Of a DNA stretch of 64,000 nt, positions 10,581-25,040 are shown piece by piece. Numbering within the stretch: position 1 is the first letter of the stretch; each line of letters starts with the position of its first letter. Both the position numbers and the translations under genes were made by a program. The DNA comes from Glaucostegus cemiculus (Eukaryota): NCBI GenBank assembly GCA_976551045.1, contig CDPCPM010000103.1:4588001-4652000 (forward strand), in the 5' to 3' direction. The notes below the pieces were generated by a model. That model searched no databases, was not told the origin of the DNA, and saw only the letters and a program-made list of their open reading frames with translations.

Positions 10581-12210
10581 CAGTCTTGACTTACATAATG
10601 GTGACAGCACATATCAAGTGTCTGAATGCAAACAATGTAATGTGACACAAAATCTCGTTCAAACAAAATGATAAACATTGATGTACTTCCTATCATGGAT
10701 CAAAATTATATCCATGCAGTACACTGTCCATACCGTTTTAAAAAGTGTGCATCAAAGCAAATGTCAGTCTTCACATTTCCTGTCCAAGCGCACAGCACTT
10801 CGTTTGGTGCAAGCATTCCCAAAATGGGCAAAGGATTAGCGAGTTTACAGATATATTCAGAAAGTGTTCAGCCGTCAAAGCAATTCTTCTTCTCCGGGAA
10901 TTTCACTTTAGGCTGCTTCAAAATTCATTGTTTGCATCATAGCGTCAGTAATTCTCCAAATAGCCCATTTTAAGGATTTGAAACATGTGGAACACCTTTG
11001 GTGTTCTGAAAAGATAACACTGCACACCGGTCTTTTTTTATTAATTTGCTTTCCAACATACAAAATAACGATTCGGGTATGGAGCTCGGATACGAATAAG
11101 GTCATGACCTTTACTTATTACCACACATTCTACAGCTAGAAGTCAAAGCAAATCAAACTGATTATAATTTTAATTCATTAAAGAACACTTTTTTACAAGT
11201 CTAGGTCTATAAAGTACAACTTCTTCCCTTCCGATTCCTGACCAGTTAACTCAAAACTTTCCTTTTTTGATTTAATCTGTTTCATCGTCAATCTGGGGAA
11301 AAAGACTGGCTGATTAATTCAACATTAACACGAAAGCTGAACACTAGAAATGAAGTATAGAGAGCACTACAACTTTAAACACCTGCACACATACACAGGT
11401 AATGAACATTCCCTCGTCAGTTCGGAACCCTTTCTGAATCAACTCAATTGGTGCATATGGAATCATTGCTCTCTCAGTTGTAGCTTCAGGTTTAAGATGG
11501 CTCTCTCAGTCGTTGGAATTAGAAAAAAAAACCGTTTAATACATAGAAAGTTTCTGATAAATAATTGTCAAGAGCCTGGCATTCGATTAATAGTATTTAC
11601 GATATCAGCAACAGCAATCGCCTCTCTGGGCCAGACATACGAAGCCCACATTGAGTTTACGTTGCTAATTAGTGTTAAACAAACCAGGTTTTTTTTTGTT
11701 GATAGAACGAAATTACATAAATTATAGAATGTACTTTCGCGGGATCAGACTGTTTTCTCATCATCCTTCTGATCTCTCGACCTGCCCCGCTTGCACATTC
11801 CTCTTCTCAAAGGCTTGGCTGATTACTTTTCGGAGCAACATGGATTCTGCGACAGCAAACTCTGAGACAGAGAGTTGGAAATTGTAGCCACCCTTTGTAT
11901 TGACATTTCCCAATCTCCACCCTTCCCGCCCCCTTACCCCAGCATCTGTACATGCTGGTGTCGCCAATCCTGTGATTGGTGGCCAGCCTTTGAAAGAATG
12001 GTGTGGGGCAGGTGAGTTTCTCTGTGTCCCTGCCTGTCTGTCCCTTGCCTGCACCCCCACCCCACCCCGCCGCAAGCACTTGCACTCCAATATATATTTG
12101 TAAAGGTGTTTGTATCTACTGGGGTTTAAGACTTTCTTTTTAACTGTATCGTATCAGCTGTGCCCGACTTCCGGTTCCTTTTTGGCTTGAAACCTACAGC
12201 TCCGAAGTGT

Positions 12211-12272
12211 ACAACAACACCCTGCATTTAGATAGCACCCGTAAAGTAAGAAAGTATTCCCCAAGGCGCTTC
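12211..12272 (-). mobile_element. L2/DeuSINE-type 3' tail fragment
   Basis: acaacaacac..tgcatttagatagcacc...cccaaggcgcttca is the reverse complement of the L2-type tail also seen on + at ~55085-55140 and ~56092-56150. Confidence 0.5.
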
Positions 12273-15200
12273 ATTTGGGCGCTTGAATTTAGAAATCGCA
12301 TTGACCAGAAGCTTTTGCCTGCAGGTTAAAGATTAAGGTTCTGACCTGCTGGATTGGCAACTTAGACATAAAATTTGCAGAAGGAATGATGTAATCCAAA
12401 ATGATATGGTTAAAGTTTATAAATTAGCATTTACCTCAAGCTAAAAACCATTGTTATTATTGGTGTTGGCACAGACAATGAGTCTTTGCAATTTGCAACT
12501 TGCTGCACTCAATAAAGAGGGATCGTGGACATTCAATCTTTGTTCTATTGTATCGAATGAAACAAATACACAAAACATTAAAGAATTTTAAACCATTCTT
12601 ACAACGTTTTGAATATTTTACTAAGTTTGAAAATAATTATTTCAACACCAGTGATAAGCAGATCGTGGACATGGATTCTGTAGCTAGAACTGAACTCATC
12701 ATTGCCATCATTGGATCAGGTGTGAACAACCAGCACTGATGACCACACAAAGTTAATATATGTATCTATGTAGAAACACTGGACACCACAACTTTCCTGC
12801 ATTTCGCACGGATGACTGGTCTCGCGAGGCACAAACATTTTTATATATTCGACGTGGGGCAATGTTCACTTAGTATTTATTTATCTTTATCCGAATCAGA
12901 TTATTTCAATCTATATAGAATTGTCCACTTTTTGGATAAACGTTCGTTATTTATCAGATATCACTTTTACTGAAATCTTTTAAGACATTTAGTGGAATAT
13001 TTCGTAATGAAAAGTTCAGCTTTTTATGCAAACAAACACAACCCCTGAGAAACTCCGGGCTGTATATTTGATGAAGTAAACGCAACAATTTATTCTTATT
13101 TTGGCTGCCTTTACATGAATAATCACATTTTATGTCTTATACAATGTGTGATCAACCTGTGCTAACATTTTGCAGAAGATTCATCGTTGCGAACGACGAC
13201 AGTGAAAGTAATTGGACCAACAGTCGGAGTGCTGTCTTTACATGCATGTGATCTCAGCAATTCCAGCAAACTAACGTTAACTTAGAGCAGCATCCCGTTC
13301 AAGAGAGTTATCCACCTATCAGTCAGCGCAAATAGCCAGCAGGAGAGGCCAGTGACACTATAAGGGAAGATGGAAAGGGCTCCTCAGTCTCTGAAGGAAC
13401 AGAAAAGCAAAATGACAGCCAAGGTAAAAATTAAGTTTTTTTTTAAGAGGATCTAAAAATTAAATCTCCATTTTCTGTCGGTGCATTTGTGGACTAAAAG
13501 GGCCAATTAACAAAGATCTAACTGAGTTCCTGTCCCCATACTACAGAACCCCCAAATCGCCCCAAAAACATGTATCATGGAATCTGGAATCGAAGTATCG
13601 CTTTGCCTCTCCACTTGATCGGCAATAATCCAGCGATTCTCGCATATCCAACTCATTGGAGAAATGGCAGTGTATTCTTGAGTTCAAAGTGCACGATCAG
13701 CGAAACATTTGCAGGTATGTCCCACTGTTGCCTTGCCGTTGTCATTCATAGACTGCATTGAAATGACAGGGAAGTCTAATGTCTGATAGAAACTCAGTGC
13801 ACATCGTACTAAAGGAATTATTTGTGCCATATCTGTTTGGAGTGCAGTACGCTGTTCGATAACCTATTCGGATGTCATTGCTATCCTTCCATCGGAGGTC
13901 AACGCAGCATAGTTAGAAAAAAATCAGATTGTAGCGCAGAATAAGAAATGATATCTAAAAGGTGAGTTCACCCCTCCCAACTATTGAAGTTGTCATTCAG
14001 TGACAAAAGCAGACACTACAAGGAGAAAGACAGACATGAATGGACAGTGCGCGCACATCAGGACCTGACACGTTTGTGGTGGAAACAAAGATCCTCACAA
14101 AATAAAACCATTCGGAGAACGTTGAAGTTCAGTTGCTCTTGTGAAAAACGCAGATAATGAAAATGAACTGCAAAGCAATTTGTATTCTTAAAAAAAAAGA
14201 ATAGCAAATTGTGGTTAAAAGTTCGACTTTAAAAAAAATCAGTTGTGTTTATGATAAAATGGAAGGGTTGCTCAGAATGTATCATCTCATTCACCTTATC
14301 AATCAGCCACTTTGCGAATTAAACATTTCTTAAGTAGACATGTCTGTTAACCCAGACGGCGGCAGAATAACTCATTTAATCTTAGTTTTTCCGAATATTC
14401 GATGTTATCTCTTCAATCACATTAGTACGCAAGTATCCGCTTGACGCGTTGGGATACGTGCACGGTGCTTATATTTAAACTGGCATCTCTTGGCATGTGT
14501 AGGTGCCTTGCCGTACCGCACACAGGAGCGCCTAATGGGAGATCTATTCACGCACATTATGTAAACATGTCATCATCCTCCAAATCTTGTCTAAATTTTA
14601 TGCAAAATTACGCTATTTGTGAATTTTACAATGATACTTGATCAAATTATGAATGTGTATTTAAAGTAAATATATTCCGTTTTTGTGACCCAGCCAAATT
14701 CGACAAATTTGACATTTTGACTCAAAGCACATCAACTGTTTTTGGACATTTTCGCTTAATCGGGAAACGAATGTTTTAACATTTTTATTTGCATGAACGT
14801 GATTAACAATCCCGTTCCTCCTCTTCCTCGGCACAACGAGGAAGGAGACTGCAATGGTCGATGGGTTGTAGCTGAGTGCGCAGGGCATCAGGGCTCATCG
14901 CTAGCCAATTCCCGTCCCAGTCCTCCCATCCCGCCCCAACTCGCAACCCCCACACGAGTTATAAAACTCTAACTCAACTGCCTGATGATCAGCGTTACCA
15001 CCGGAATCAATCTCCGCCACCACAGCTCGAAAGAAACCGACACATCTGGGGAACGACGTGGATAATGTTAACTTGTTGACCTCAGGTCACCGAAATTTCC
15101 CGGACTAAGACCTCATGCAGTAGCGCATGATATCTATCATTTTTATCCAACAATATTTTCCAATTTGTTTACTAAACATGAATATTTCTATACTTACAAA

Positions 15201-17859
15201 GAAGAATCGCTGTTTAAATTTCAACCGCGCCTGTAATGAACGGCTCCTGTCCACCAACAAGTTAACAACATGGACAGGAGGAACTTACTGTATTTCTTCA
15301 CATTTCCATGGCTTTAACAGTTGAGTGCCAGAATGAAACTATTAGGCATTGGAACATTGGTCGTCCCCAATTATAAAACCACACAAGACTAATCGGACAC
15401 CCTTATTCTGAAATGAATTCATTAGTCCAAAATATACCGCCGTCCATATTTAGGGGTAGAAATGCGTTAATTCTAACTAAACAAATATCTTTATTCGTTG
15501 TGGGGCTTTGATTCATTGCTGGTTTGTTCAAATTCTGACACTATTTTTCCATTTATTGATGCAAACTAAATTCGTAGCTGATCGAATAATCGCCACGAGA
15601 AATACCGTAACAAACAAAAAACAATTCGCAGCCTCCTCCGGTACAGATACCGAAGGGGACATTACTTTTGGACTATTCTCTCCGCATTTTTCCAATTGCA
15701 GGACAGACCTTTACCGAAAAGCTATAGGAGAGGACGAGCCCTGCAATGGATTCTCGCCAGATGTGTTGTCTGGGAATTGCCTGATGGCATTTTGATGTAC
15801 CGCAATCTGAATTCAACATTTGAGTATTTGTTGTCCAAGTCACTTAATAGCTAAAGATATGTTACATGTAGATGAATCGGAGAGAATGTGTTTAGGTAAT
15901 AATTCTTTCAAAATACGATCGACTAACCTGAGCAAAAAAAAATATTTCACAATATATTTTATAGTCTTTACATGACCGAGACAAAAAGGAGCTTCTTTCG
16001 TTTTCAAGATCTGAAAATGACGCTTCTCAATCGAGTTTACGAGTTAAATGGGATGGCTTGTTTGAACCTACAGTTTTATCCATATTAATTCTTTTTATGT
16101 CCTCACGGGTCATACCTGATATACAAGTTACTTCATTGCACCTTTTGAATTGGGAATGGTAGGCAAAGTGAACAAGGTGTAACCGGCGTGATTACAACCT
16201 TATTAGTGACTGCGATTTAACTCAACAATTCAATAGAATTTTTACTACAATTCAGCAGAATTTTAGTATTTCCAGTAAATGTATATTTCGATTTCAAATG
16301 AACATCGCGAATTGCAACCCTTTAAGTAATACGGGGATGAGAAGGTTCCCCCCAGCTGCATCATGGGGAGCATTCTGGGCGCAAGTGTCGACACCGGCAG
16401 GATCAGTTGGCCCCGCATAGTGCTGAGCCTTGCAGCATCATATCATTTCCAGTTAAAGTTCGTCCTGCTTTAAATGCATCATTAATCGTGCGTTTCCCCT
16501 AACAAATTTAATTGACCTGTCACTCCAAGTGCATTCTAACGCCTTTAACACTCACAAAGGTGTGGTGTCCCGACCTATAATGCATCTAAAATCAACACTG
16601 ATGCGTTATAAATGAGGAAATAACACCTTTCTTTCTCGACAGCTGAAGTTTATCCCTATAGAAGACGGCGTTTTGCTGAATGTATTGCTTACTTAGAACA
16701 AAAACCCTCTTGGATGATCAAATCTTGGGAAATATAACACGCCCCGAAATTGACACAATACATTTATGTTCTCACTCTATGAGCTTTTACTTAAAACGTA
16801 ACCTTGGATGTAAATCGCTGTAACCTACTTTGATGCGGATTACAAGCTTCTAATGGCGTATGGTAAAATATTCTCTTTAAGCATCCAGAAAGTGGGAGTG
16901 CTTAAAAAAAAACTGCTTTAAAACCCGCTGCTTGATTATCAGCTTATCGCAATTTAAATCTGGTGTTCTTAATCGAGCTTGGCTTTTATTTGTTGTTTGT
17001 GCCAGTGAATGCCCAGGTTCCCAAATAAACCCTGAAACTGGAAAGTAAGTTTTTTTTCCCTAGGAACGTTTGAGATTCAAGCTGTTAAACTTTAGCTATT
17101 AAAATGGGATTCGGTGTTCCATTCATAAGATAGCAAACAACCAGTACACAGAATGCCTGCCGTTAGACAATGTTGTTTGTACCAATGGCAGTGTCCCGCG
17201 CACGAACACAAAAATGGATTCAACAGAAATATATTTTAACCATCTTAATTGAAATATAAAGCAGGAGCCGGATAAACCATGCGGTATAACACATTACTTT
17301 GAAATGTATCATTGCTTGATCTCTATTTAACCCGGCATTCGGCGTAAATCGATATTTTTGTTCTAATTATGCCGTTGATCAATGCTATTTGGTTACCAAA
17401 TATTAAATTAAGAGTCACATTAAATCATGGGTTCCTCTTGTTAAAGTTTGAATAAGAAGGACTCCGGTATTTTCTTGAGTGAACATATAAATTCCTCATA
17501 TGGTCTGCATTTATTATTGCGACATAGTTGACAGATGGAAACATTCGCCCAGTTATACAACCAACAGATATGAAACAAATGAAACAGGTTTAACAGGTAC
17601 TCTAATTCCTATTAATTGGACTGATAATCTTTAGATAATTCAAAAAAAATAGATTCGACCTAAATGACACACTGTAGCCAATGCAAAGTACTCATTACGC
17701 AGTTTGAAGTAATTTAGTAAGCATCAGATTATTTTCCTTATATCGAATTTTAAAAGAAAACCTGCGATATCTGGTGTGAGGTGGTGTAGTCTTTGTGCAT
17801 TTGAAGGATTCGATGTTTCAGAGCAGAAAATCTGTGAGGATTGGGAGGTTTGTTTCTGC

Positions 17860-18110
17860 AGCATATTCCGCAGAGACACTTCATTAACCCAATTAGGCAG
17901 GTGGATGGAGAGGGGCTCCGATCATTTACACCTTGCTAATGAAGTGTGCGACTCCTAATCTCCTTCAAACAAGATACAATCATGAAATGCTGCTCCATAA
18001 AAGAGAAATTAATTAGGTGGAACTATAGGATTAGAGCACAGGCGCTCCCCAAAACCCAGAGTAACCTGCCTTGTTGCTTTTTGCCTTAATTCCATAGGCA
18101 ACATTTGCGG
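17860..18110. promoter_or_regulatory. Candidate conserved enhancer
   Basis: Dense TAAT/ATTA motifs, K50 sites TAATCT 17956 and GGATTA 18028, and an 11-bp inverted pair ACACTTCATTA/TAATGAAGTGT. Confidence 0.5.
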
Positions 18111-20269
18111 AAGAACTTGACGCTTATCTCTTGTATTTATGCTTGAAGTCTTAAAAAAATAACTCGGCTAGGTGTGCATGCCTATAATATGTAACGTGCC
18201 AATATCTCTTGGCCATGTGTGTGAATCTTGTCCAAACAATTGTTAAGTTGTGCATTTAGTATATAGGAATTTCGTTGTACTCATAAATAAAAAAAAACAA
18301 TTTTGCAATTTACATTTGCCTTTCTGCCTACAAAAAGAATACTTCGAATGAAGAACTAGGACGACTGAGTGAAATATCAGGCTATTCTTGAAGGAGATTA
18401 TTACAAATTATTGCGTTGTATTATAAAAATACAGGCGATTACAAATTGACAGGCTCATCGTTTCAAATGTTGCTATACAACGTTTTTATTTCTATTTTAT
18501 CAGTATTGTTTTAACCCACAGGAATAAAATACGGCAGAGGAAATGGGATACATTTCAGAGTAAAAATACCTAAATTGCAAGATTGTACAATGTACGCCAA
18601 TGGTTACCACAGATTTGTGATGGAGATAAATCTGACAAAATTTTCACTTTTCCCATTCTGCATTGAGAAATGTTGCATCAGAGTTCTGTAAAATTATGTT
18701 ACTGGGATGCAATTAATTCTATTATGTATTATTACATTATTGTAATTTTTAAAACACCTGTCAAAATTATGTAATATAATATTTTGTGAGAATGTTTTCA
18801 TAATGTACATTTAAAATCCACATACATTTTTTTCAGCATTCTGGATAGAAATCATCAATTTTGAAGATATTTTATTTCATACAACATAGAAATGGTTTAG
18901 ATATTGCAAAGGATATTCAAGCTCATGGTCACAACAAAAATGAATATAAATATTAATTCAGATATAATTTAGGTGAATTACAGAAATTCCATATGAAGGT
19001 CAAGAAAAGTAAAACCAGAGAGAAAAGAATTACTTATTGCTAAACAACTGCAATCTCTCTTAATCTGTATTATTTCTAATATATGTTCTGTATGCCTCTG
19101 TTGAGTAGGCATTTTGAATAAAATGTTGGTGATGTTAAAGCAACAAATAGCTACCAGAAAGATGGCTATCTCACATAATTAAACGATGACTTCTGTTCAT
19201 TGCAACAATGATTTCTTCTAGCATCTTTTAAATTTGGAGAGAAATCTTTCAATGATTTTCAATCAGTTTGGTACATAAATAAACATTGTGAGGTGTTTGT
19301 ATGTTGTTCTTTCAGTTACTAATTTTATTGAAAAAAATCATGTACCAGTGGCAATTCTTTTAAGCTTTTATTGTTAAATTGAATATTTTAAACATGATAA
19401 TAATAAATTACCTGGAAATTTGAAAACCTTATGCAGTGGGTTTTGAATCCCAACTGAGCATCAAAGAGACAGATGGATAGGAAGCAAAAATATTATTTGT
19501 GAAAAGGTAGATTACTCAGAGAGCAACTCAAACCACACCATTTTCAGAAGATATTAAGGCCACATTTTCAGCTCATCATATTCCACCCAAGTCGAACCCT
19601 ATTAATAATGTTTGGTCCAGTCTGCTTAGAATACTAACCATCCTGTCAAGAACACTACCAGAATGCATGATAGTGATGGCTGCAGGAATCATTTGGAAAA
19701 ATTAGGGGAGAATTAGGATGATATTGATGATTTCATACAAGCAGAATATTAAGAGAAAGAATTCCTTTTCTATTCATAAACATTTTAGGCAGTGGAGAAT
19801 CTAGCACTGCATAATGAACTCTACCACTCTAATCAAAGTTATATAACCACCTCATGCTGCTTAAACCTTCCACAGGGAAGGAGGTGACATATAACATAGC
19901 AAACACATTCTGTATACACAAGAATAGATAATTGATGTAAGTTGTAATACTTCTCCTGGTGAATGGAAATGACACAAAAATTCAAACTGAAACATTGACT
20001 TTTGACGATATCCATTGGTAGTTTCCGTCCTGTGATGAAATTGAATTCCAAGTCTCTTTGGAATATAGAGACAAAAATGTCAGACATGCATGTCAAAGTT
20101 TCCATTGCACTCTCTTGACAAATGGCAGCTCCCTTTTGATGTCATCCCTGCCATTCAGAAACAAGTCTTCAGTCAATTTGCTTCGTGCCACGTGATATCA
20201 ACATTCAGTAGAGTACTGCCAGCAACATCCCAGCTGCTGGGCTGATAATGTGTTCCAGATCCCAAACCA

Positions 20270-21490
20270 CCTTTAGCCAGGCTGATCTGGAACACCAATG
20301 CAATGGGAAGTGCTGTCATCAATAAGGTTATCAAATGCCAATTCCTCACCAATAACCTGCCAGCTAACGATTGATTAAGGTCTTGGCAACACTAATCAGG
20401 ACTATCAGAGCTGTGCTCCTAATGCAAACAAAAGAGCTGAATTCCACAGATGAAGTGAGAACGACTGGCCTTGACATCAAGGCAATACTTGACCAACTGT
20501 GGTACCAAGAAGCCCTGGTAATGGGAATCAAGGGGATAATTCTCCATTGGATGGAGTTATACATCACATGTAGGAAGATGTCTATGGTTATTAAAGTCAA
20601 TCACGTTGGCTTTTGAACATCACTAAAGGTATTCCTCTGGGCAGTGTCTTGGGCCCAATTTCTTCATCGGTGACCTGACCTCCTCTATCCAAAGTGGGCT
20701 TGTTCATTGATGATTGTGCAATGCTCAGGTCCATTTGCAGCTCCTCAGATGGTAAAGCAGTTTGTTCCCGCATATAGCAAGACCAGGATATCATTCAGGG
20801 ACAGGCTGAATAGTAGTAAGCAAGCTATGCCGCACAAACAAACTCTACCGTTAAAATCTGATCACTTTCACTTGAACTTCATCAGCATCATTATTGCTGA
20901 ATTCTTCAATAGCAGTATATTGAATGGAATTTAACTGGACCAGCCTTAAAATTAGAAGCAAGGTTTTCTGTAGTGAGTGATTCACTCTCTGACACCTTAA
21001 ACACCGCCATCTACAAGGCATAAATCTGTTGCATAATAAATATTCTTCATTTTCCTGGGTGAGAAAAGATCCGAGAAGACTAAAGAAGGTCAACAGGATT
21101 CAGGGTAAAGTAGCCTGCTTAATTGGAATCCAACATTGTGCCTTAAATAAACACAGAAATGCTGGAAGAACTCAGCCAGTCAATCAGCATCTATGGAAAG
21201 ATCAACCAGTTAAAGTTCCAAGTCAATAACTCTTTCTCGGAACTGTGTTTCTGTTTTGTTTTGTTTTGATGTTCTTCAAAAACCATTCCTGATTCAAATT
21301 CCAGCATCTGCAGTTTTACTTGTTTCTACTCATCTCTTAAATGACCACCACAATGCACCGCAGATTCATGTGTGCCACCTACAGGATGAACTGAAGCATC
21401 TTGCCAGTGTTTCATTGACTGATCACTACTGTTTGGAAGAAGGGGAGTGGATACATGGGAACACCACCACCTACAATTTTCCTCCACTTC
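20270..21490 (+). mobile_element. Decayed non-LTR retrotransposon (CR1/L2-group RT), interrupted by a Penelope-derived insert
   Basis: ORF 20371 TKELNSTDEVRTTGLDIKAILDQLW matches the RT motif ALDIKAAFDRVW. GIPLGSVLGP-like and FIDD-like motifs at 20628-20715. Confidence 0.75.
21148..21325. mobile_element. Penelope-derived short element nested in a LINE
   Basis: aaatgctggaagaactcagc...cagcatctatgg arm and ttccagcatctgcag tail, shared with the copies at 29600 and 43479. Confidence 0.7.
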
Positions 21491-21710
21491 TTTACTGTCA
21501 ATGGTTAAAGCAAGTTCACCGCATGGATTGCAATTGTTCAGGGAGGTGGCCCACCATCTCCTTCTCAAAGCCAACTGTGGATGGCTTTGACAGTAAGTCC
21601 CAAATATTGCAAAATATTTTACTAAGGGTCTCAAGGCAGATTGGTTAAGGGCACTCTGGTGCAGCCTGACTTATTTGTCAAAACCTCCATTTGTTTCTCT
21701 CCAGCAAAAA

Positions 21711-21795
21711 GATAAGATCTCTTTATTGGTCACATGTACATCGAAACACACGGTGAAATGCATCTTCTGCATTAGGTGTTCTGGGGGCAGCCTGC
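21711..21795 (-). mobile_element. 3' fragment of the V-SINE family
   Basis: Near-identical to 27126-27208 (gataagatct..ttatt.gtcacatgtacatcgaaacacac). Confidence 0.85.
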
Positions 21796-22689
21796 TTTCC
21801 AGTGGGAAGTACATTAAGATGTTTCTGCAGCCATGGAGAACATTGGCAGGACCAACAAATAGGGTCCTGAATTAATCGAATGACAAAGGCAAAAGCAAAT
21901 TCAGGAACTGGCCCAGTTATTTGCTTTCAGCTGAACAGCTCAACTAGCTGAGTGGCAGTGGAACCATGAGTGCTTTCCTACTGAGGACAGACAGCAGGTT
22001 TGTGCTTCACGGAGGCATTGTGACTCCTGCAGGTGAAACCCTCATCAATCTGAGTCATTTGTGGGAGAGTAAACTGTAGCTCTGGCAGAGGTACCCTAAA
22101 GCACCCACTGGCATCCGGATTCATGATGCTCTCACTCTGAGCTCTCATGATATAAGCCTAAGCTTCCATAGCAGCACCTCAATATCATTTAGCCTCTGTA
22201 GGGCTGCACTTTAGCCTGAGGCATTGTCCATTATGGCTGGGTCTGGAAGCAACCTAACCCACTACCTAAAGATTCTGGATTGCTTGTGGAATCTTTGGCA
22301 GGCCCGCCAATGAATCAAGCACTTTGTTGAGTATATACATCAGTTGAGTCATCTGCAGGAGAACTTATGTGGTACTTTGCCCTTTTTGGGAGCTGGTCCC
22401 TGCATGACTCTTTTCCCTGGCCCTGCCCATAGGTAGCTCATGCCCACTGGCTCACCATCTTTAAACTGACCTCTGACTTACATGTTGGTCTGTATCTATG
22501 TGCTGGCTACATGTTAAATTGAGTGACAACATATATTCATCATCACTGTCTGCTGATCTATGACTTCCAAAGAGGTTGCAATTTTTGAATCAAGTAGGGA
22601 AAAAATAAGACTTGCTTCCTTCCACCATTTATTGCTTGCATGTAAATAGAAATGATATGTTGAGAGGGAAGTGGTTATAATAAGAAGAA

Positions 22690-22830
22690 ATAGATGTGAG
22701 GATACCTTCATTTTGGGGACATGGTGATGGGTCAGGAATTGGGCTTGAGGCACCAGATCAGCCACAACCTTATTAAAAGATTGAGAGGTCCTAAGGGATA
22801 TAAGTCCTACTCTTGCCATTTCTGATGCTT
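22690..22830 (+). mobile_element. CR1 3' end fragment
   Basis: gatcagccacaaccttatt...cctactcttgccatttctgatg resembles a CR1 3'UTR. Confidence 0.5.
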
Positions 22831-24809
22831 TGCTAATGTCCTATAGTTTCAGTCCACGGCTGTCTACTATCTCAGTAAAAGCCACTCCAATCATACAAAC
22901 TCTATCTTCTCGATATGATAATGCAGCTGTACCTGTCCCTCACCAGCCAACTGGTGTTATGTTATTGAGTCAATGGCAGTTTGTTATCTGTCAAATATGG
23001 GTGTAACAGTTCTCAATGTTTGGAGCAAATGAGTGTTCGGTGCAAGTCTTGCTACATAGAGATCACTGAGTGATGCATCATTACTGCCATTGGTGGGATA
23101 TGACTTTTGAAGATTATTCACTAACCTTGTGGTACCGCATTCAGACTTTAACAGGTACTAGCCATCCATGATATTGTAACCCTGATGAAACATGCAGGCA
23201 ACAAACAGTACAGTTTGTTCTGTCTGCATGTGGAAATTAGGTAAATGATCCAGCAGCCTGAAATTAGAGGGCATGGGTTTAGTTGCCAGTCACCATCACT
23301 GGGCATGTTTTCAGATTTAGTCTCCTATTTCTTCTGGGTTGATAATTAGTGATGAAAGATTGCTAACATTATATCTAAGACAGGTCAGAAGAAAATTATT
23401 TATACAAAGTTTGTTGGATCATGGAATGCTTTGTTATTCTGAATTGCTGAGTAGAGACCATTGCATTCTTTTTGTATAAATGAGACTAATACTTGAAGAA
23501 GTTTAAGAGGCATTATTAGGTAATTCAGGCAGAGAGGTCAGCTCTGGCTTGTTCTAGCATAGAAATGCTGCACACACAATGGTCTGATCTTTTTCCTATT
23601 TTGTACATAACAAAAATATAGGAATCATGTGCTGCATCGTTTTGGTACTTATGCTTTGGAAACACATTCTGACGATACAAGGGGAGTTTTATATGGCTTA
23701 TGCAGTAAAAAATATACTATCCATAAGCTAATTCATGGCATGATTATTGCTTTATTTATACACTAAAATAGATTAACCATATTACTGGATCATTGAAATA
23801 ACTTGCATTGTACTTAGGAAGACAAATTCTTTTGTGGTAATTTTAAACATCAGTCTTGGATTCTTTCTGCTGTCTCCCCCTCACCTCTAGTTTTATGGTT
23901 ATCTTACAATTTTGTTAAAGCCTTTATTGTTGTATAGACAATTCTACTTATGGATTGATATACTGAGAATACATCATTAATTAGGCTCCTTAATCTGTAC
24001 TGTTGGGAAAGATATCAGCTTTTGTCCTGGTGCAGACATTGTGCCAGGTGACTTATATCATAATTGTGGAAAATTGCCATGCATGTTGCCCAGATCTTAC
24101 AAGGACTAGATCCATATTGGAGAGTAATGAGAACTCTGACATGTTTTATGGCATCAAATGCCCACAAATTGGAGTTGTGGAACCAAAATCTATGAATATA
24201 TTAATGAAATGTAAGTTTTGTGCTTGATGGTGAATTCTTTTTTTTCTGGAAATGTAGCAGAAGTTGATTATACTGAAATTGAGCATAAAACACTGCATCT
24301 TATTGAGCAACAAGGATGGAGAGTAAGTCCCTCAAAGGCAGTGATCACTGAGATCTGCCACCACTGCTTTAGAATCACAGTGCCTGTGGAATTGGAGTGG
24401 CTACACCAGCTATGGAAGTAATGTCACTGGGCTATTAATGTCTTCTGTTCCAGTCCACTCCACATAGGCCACAGCAGACATCAACCAAATCGCCCTGTCT
24501 GTAGTACACCCCTGATCAAGGAAGCTGACAGACGTTCCCTGCATTGGGAAAGAGCAAATTATCTCCTTCTCCTGGGGGACAGAAGAGATAGTATGGCCAT
24601 TCAGCTTTGCCGGCATTGCAGGCTTCCCCATGGTCTAGGGGCTGATTGGTTACATGTGTATGACACAAGGTTACCCATCAATGATCAAGCAGCACTAAAA
24701 CAGATGAGTAAATTGTGTGTGACCACACATTAGAGAAACTTAGTGGCAAATCAATGCACTAAGGAAGCTCAGATGATTTGTACATACTTAGGCAGTCTGT
24801 ATTCCACGT

Positions 24810-24965
24810 AGTTAAAGAAGTTGAATCTGTCTTCTTTGGAGCTTAGAAGAACGAGTGGTGATTTTACTGCAACATATAAGATCCTAAGAGAGCATGACAG
24901 GATAAATGTTGAATTATTTCCACAAGTGCCAAAGTCTCAAACAAAGGCACATGGTTTCAAAATAA
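24810..24965 (+). mobile_element. CR1 ORF2 C-terminal fragment
   Basis: Translates as LNLSSLELRRTSGDFTATYKILR, matching the CR1 motif LFSLERRRLRGDLIETYKI. Confidence 0.75.
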
Positions 24966-25040
24966 CATTAACTGTTTCTCTTTCTGCAGATGCTGCCTGA
25001 CCTGCTGAGTGTTTCCAGCATTTTTTTGTTTTTATTTCAG
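24966..25040 (+). mobile_element. Penelope-derived terminal fragment
   Basis: cagatgctgcctgacctgctgagtgtttccagcatt, shared with 43625, 59945 and 62093. Confidence 0.75.

Noticed and set aside
13175-13423. Exon-like segment (ttttgcAG ... AAG|GTAAAA)
   Set aside because: Stops in all three frames and no partner exons; cannot be supported without transcripts.
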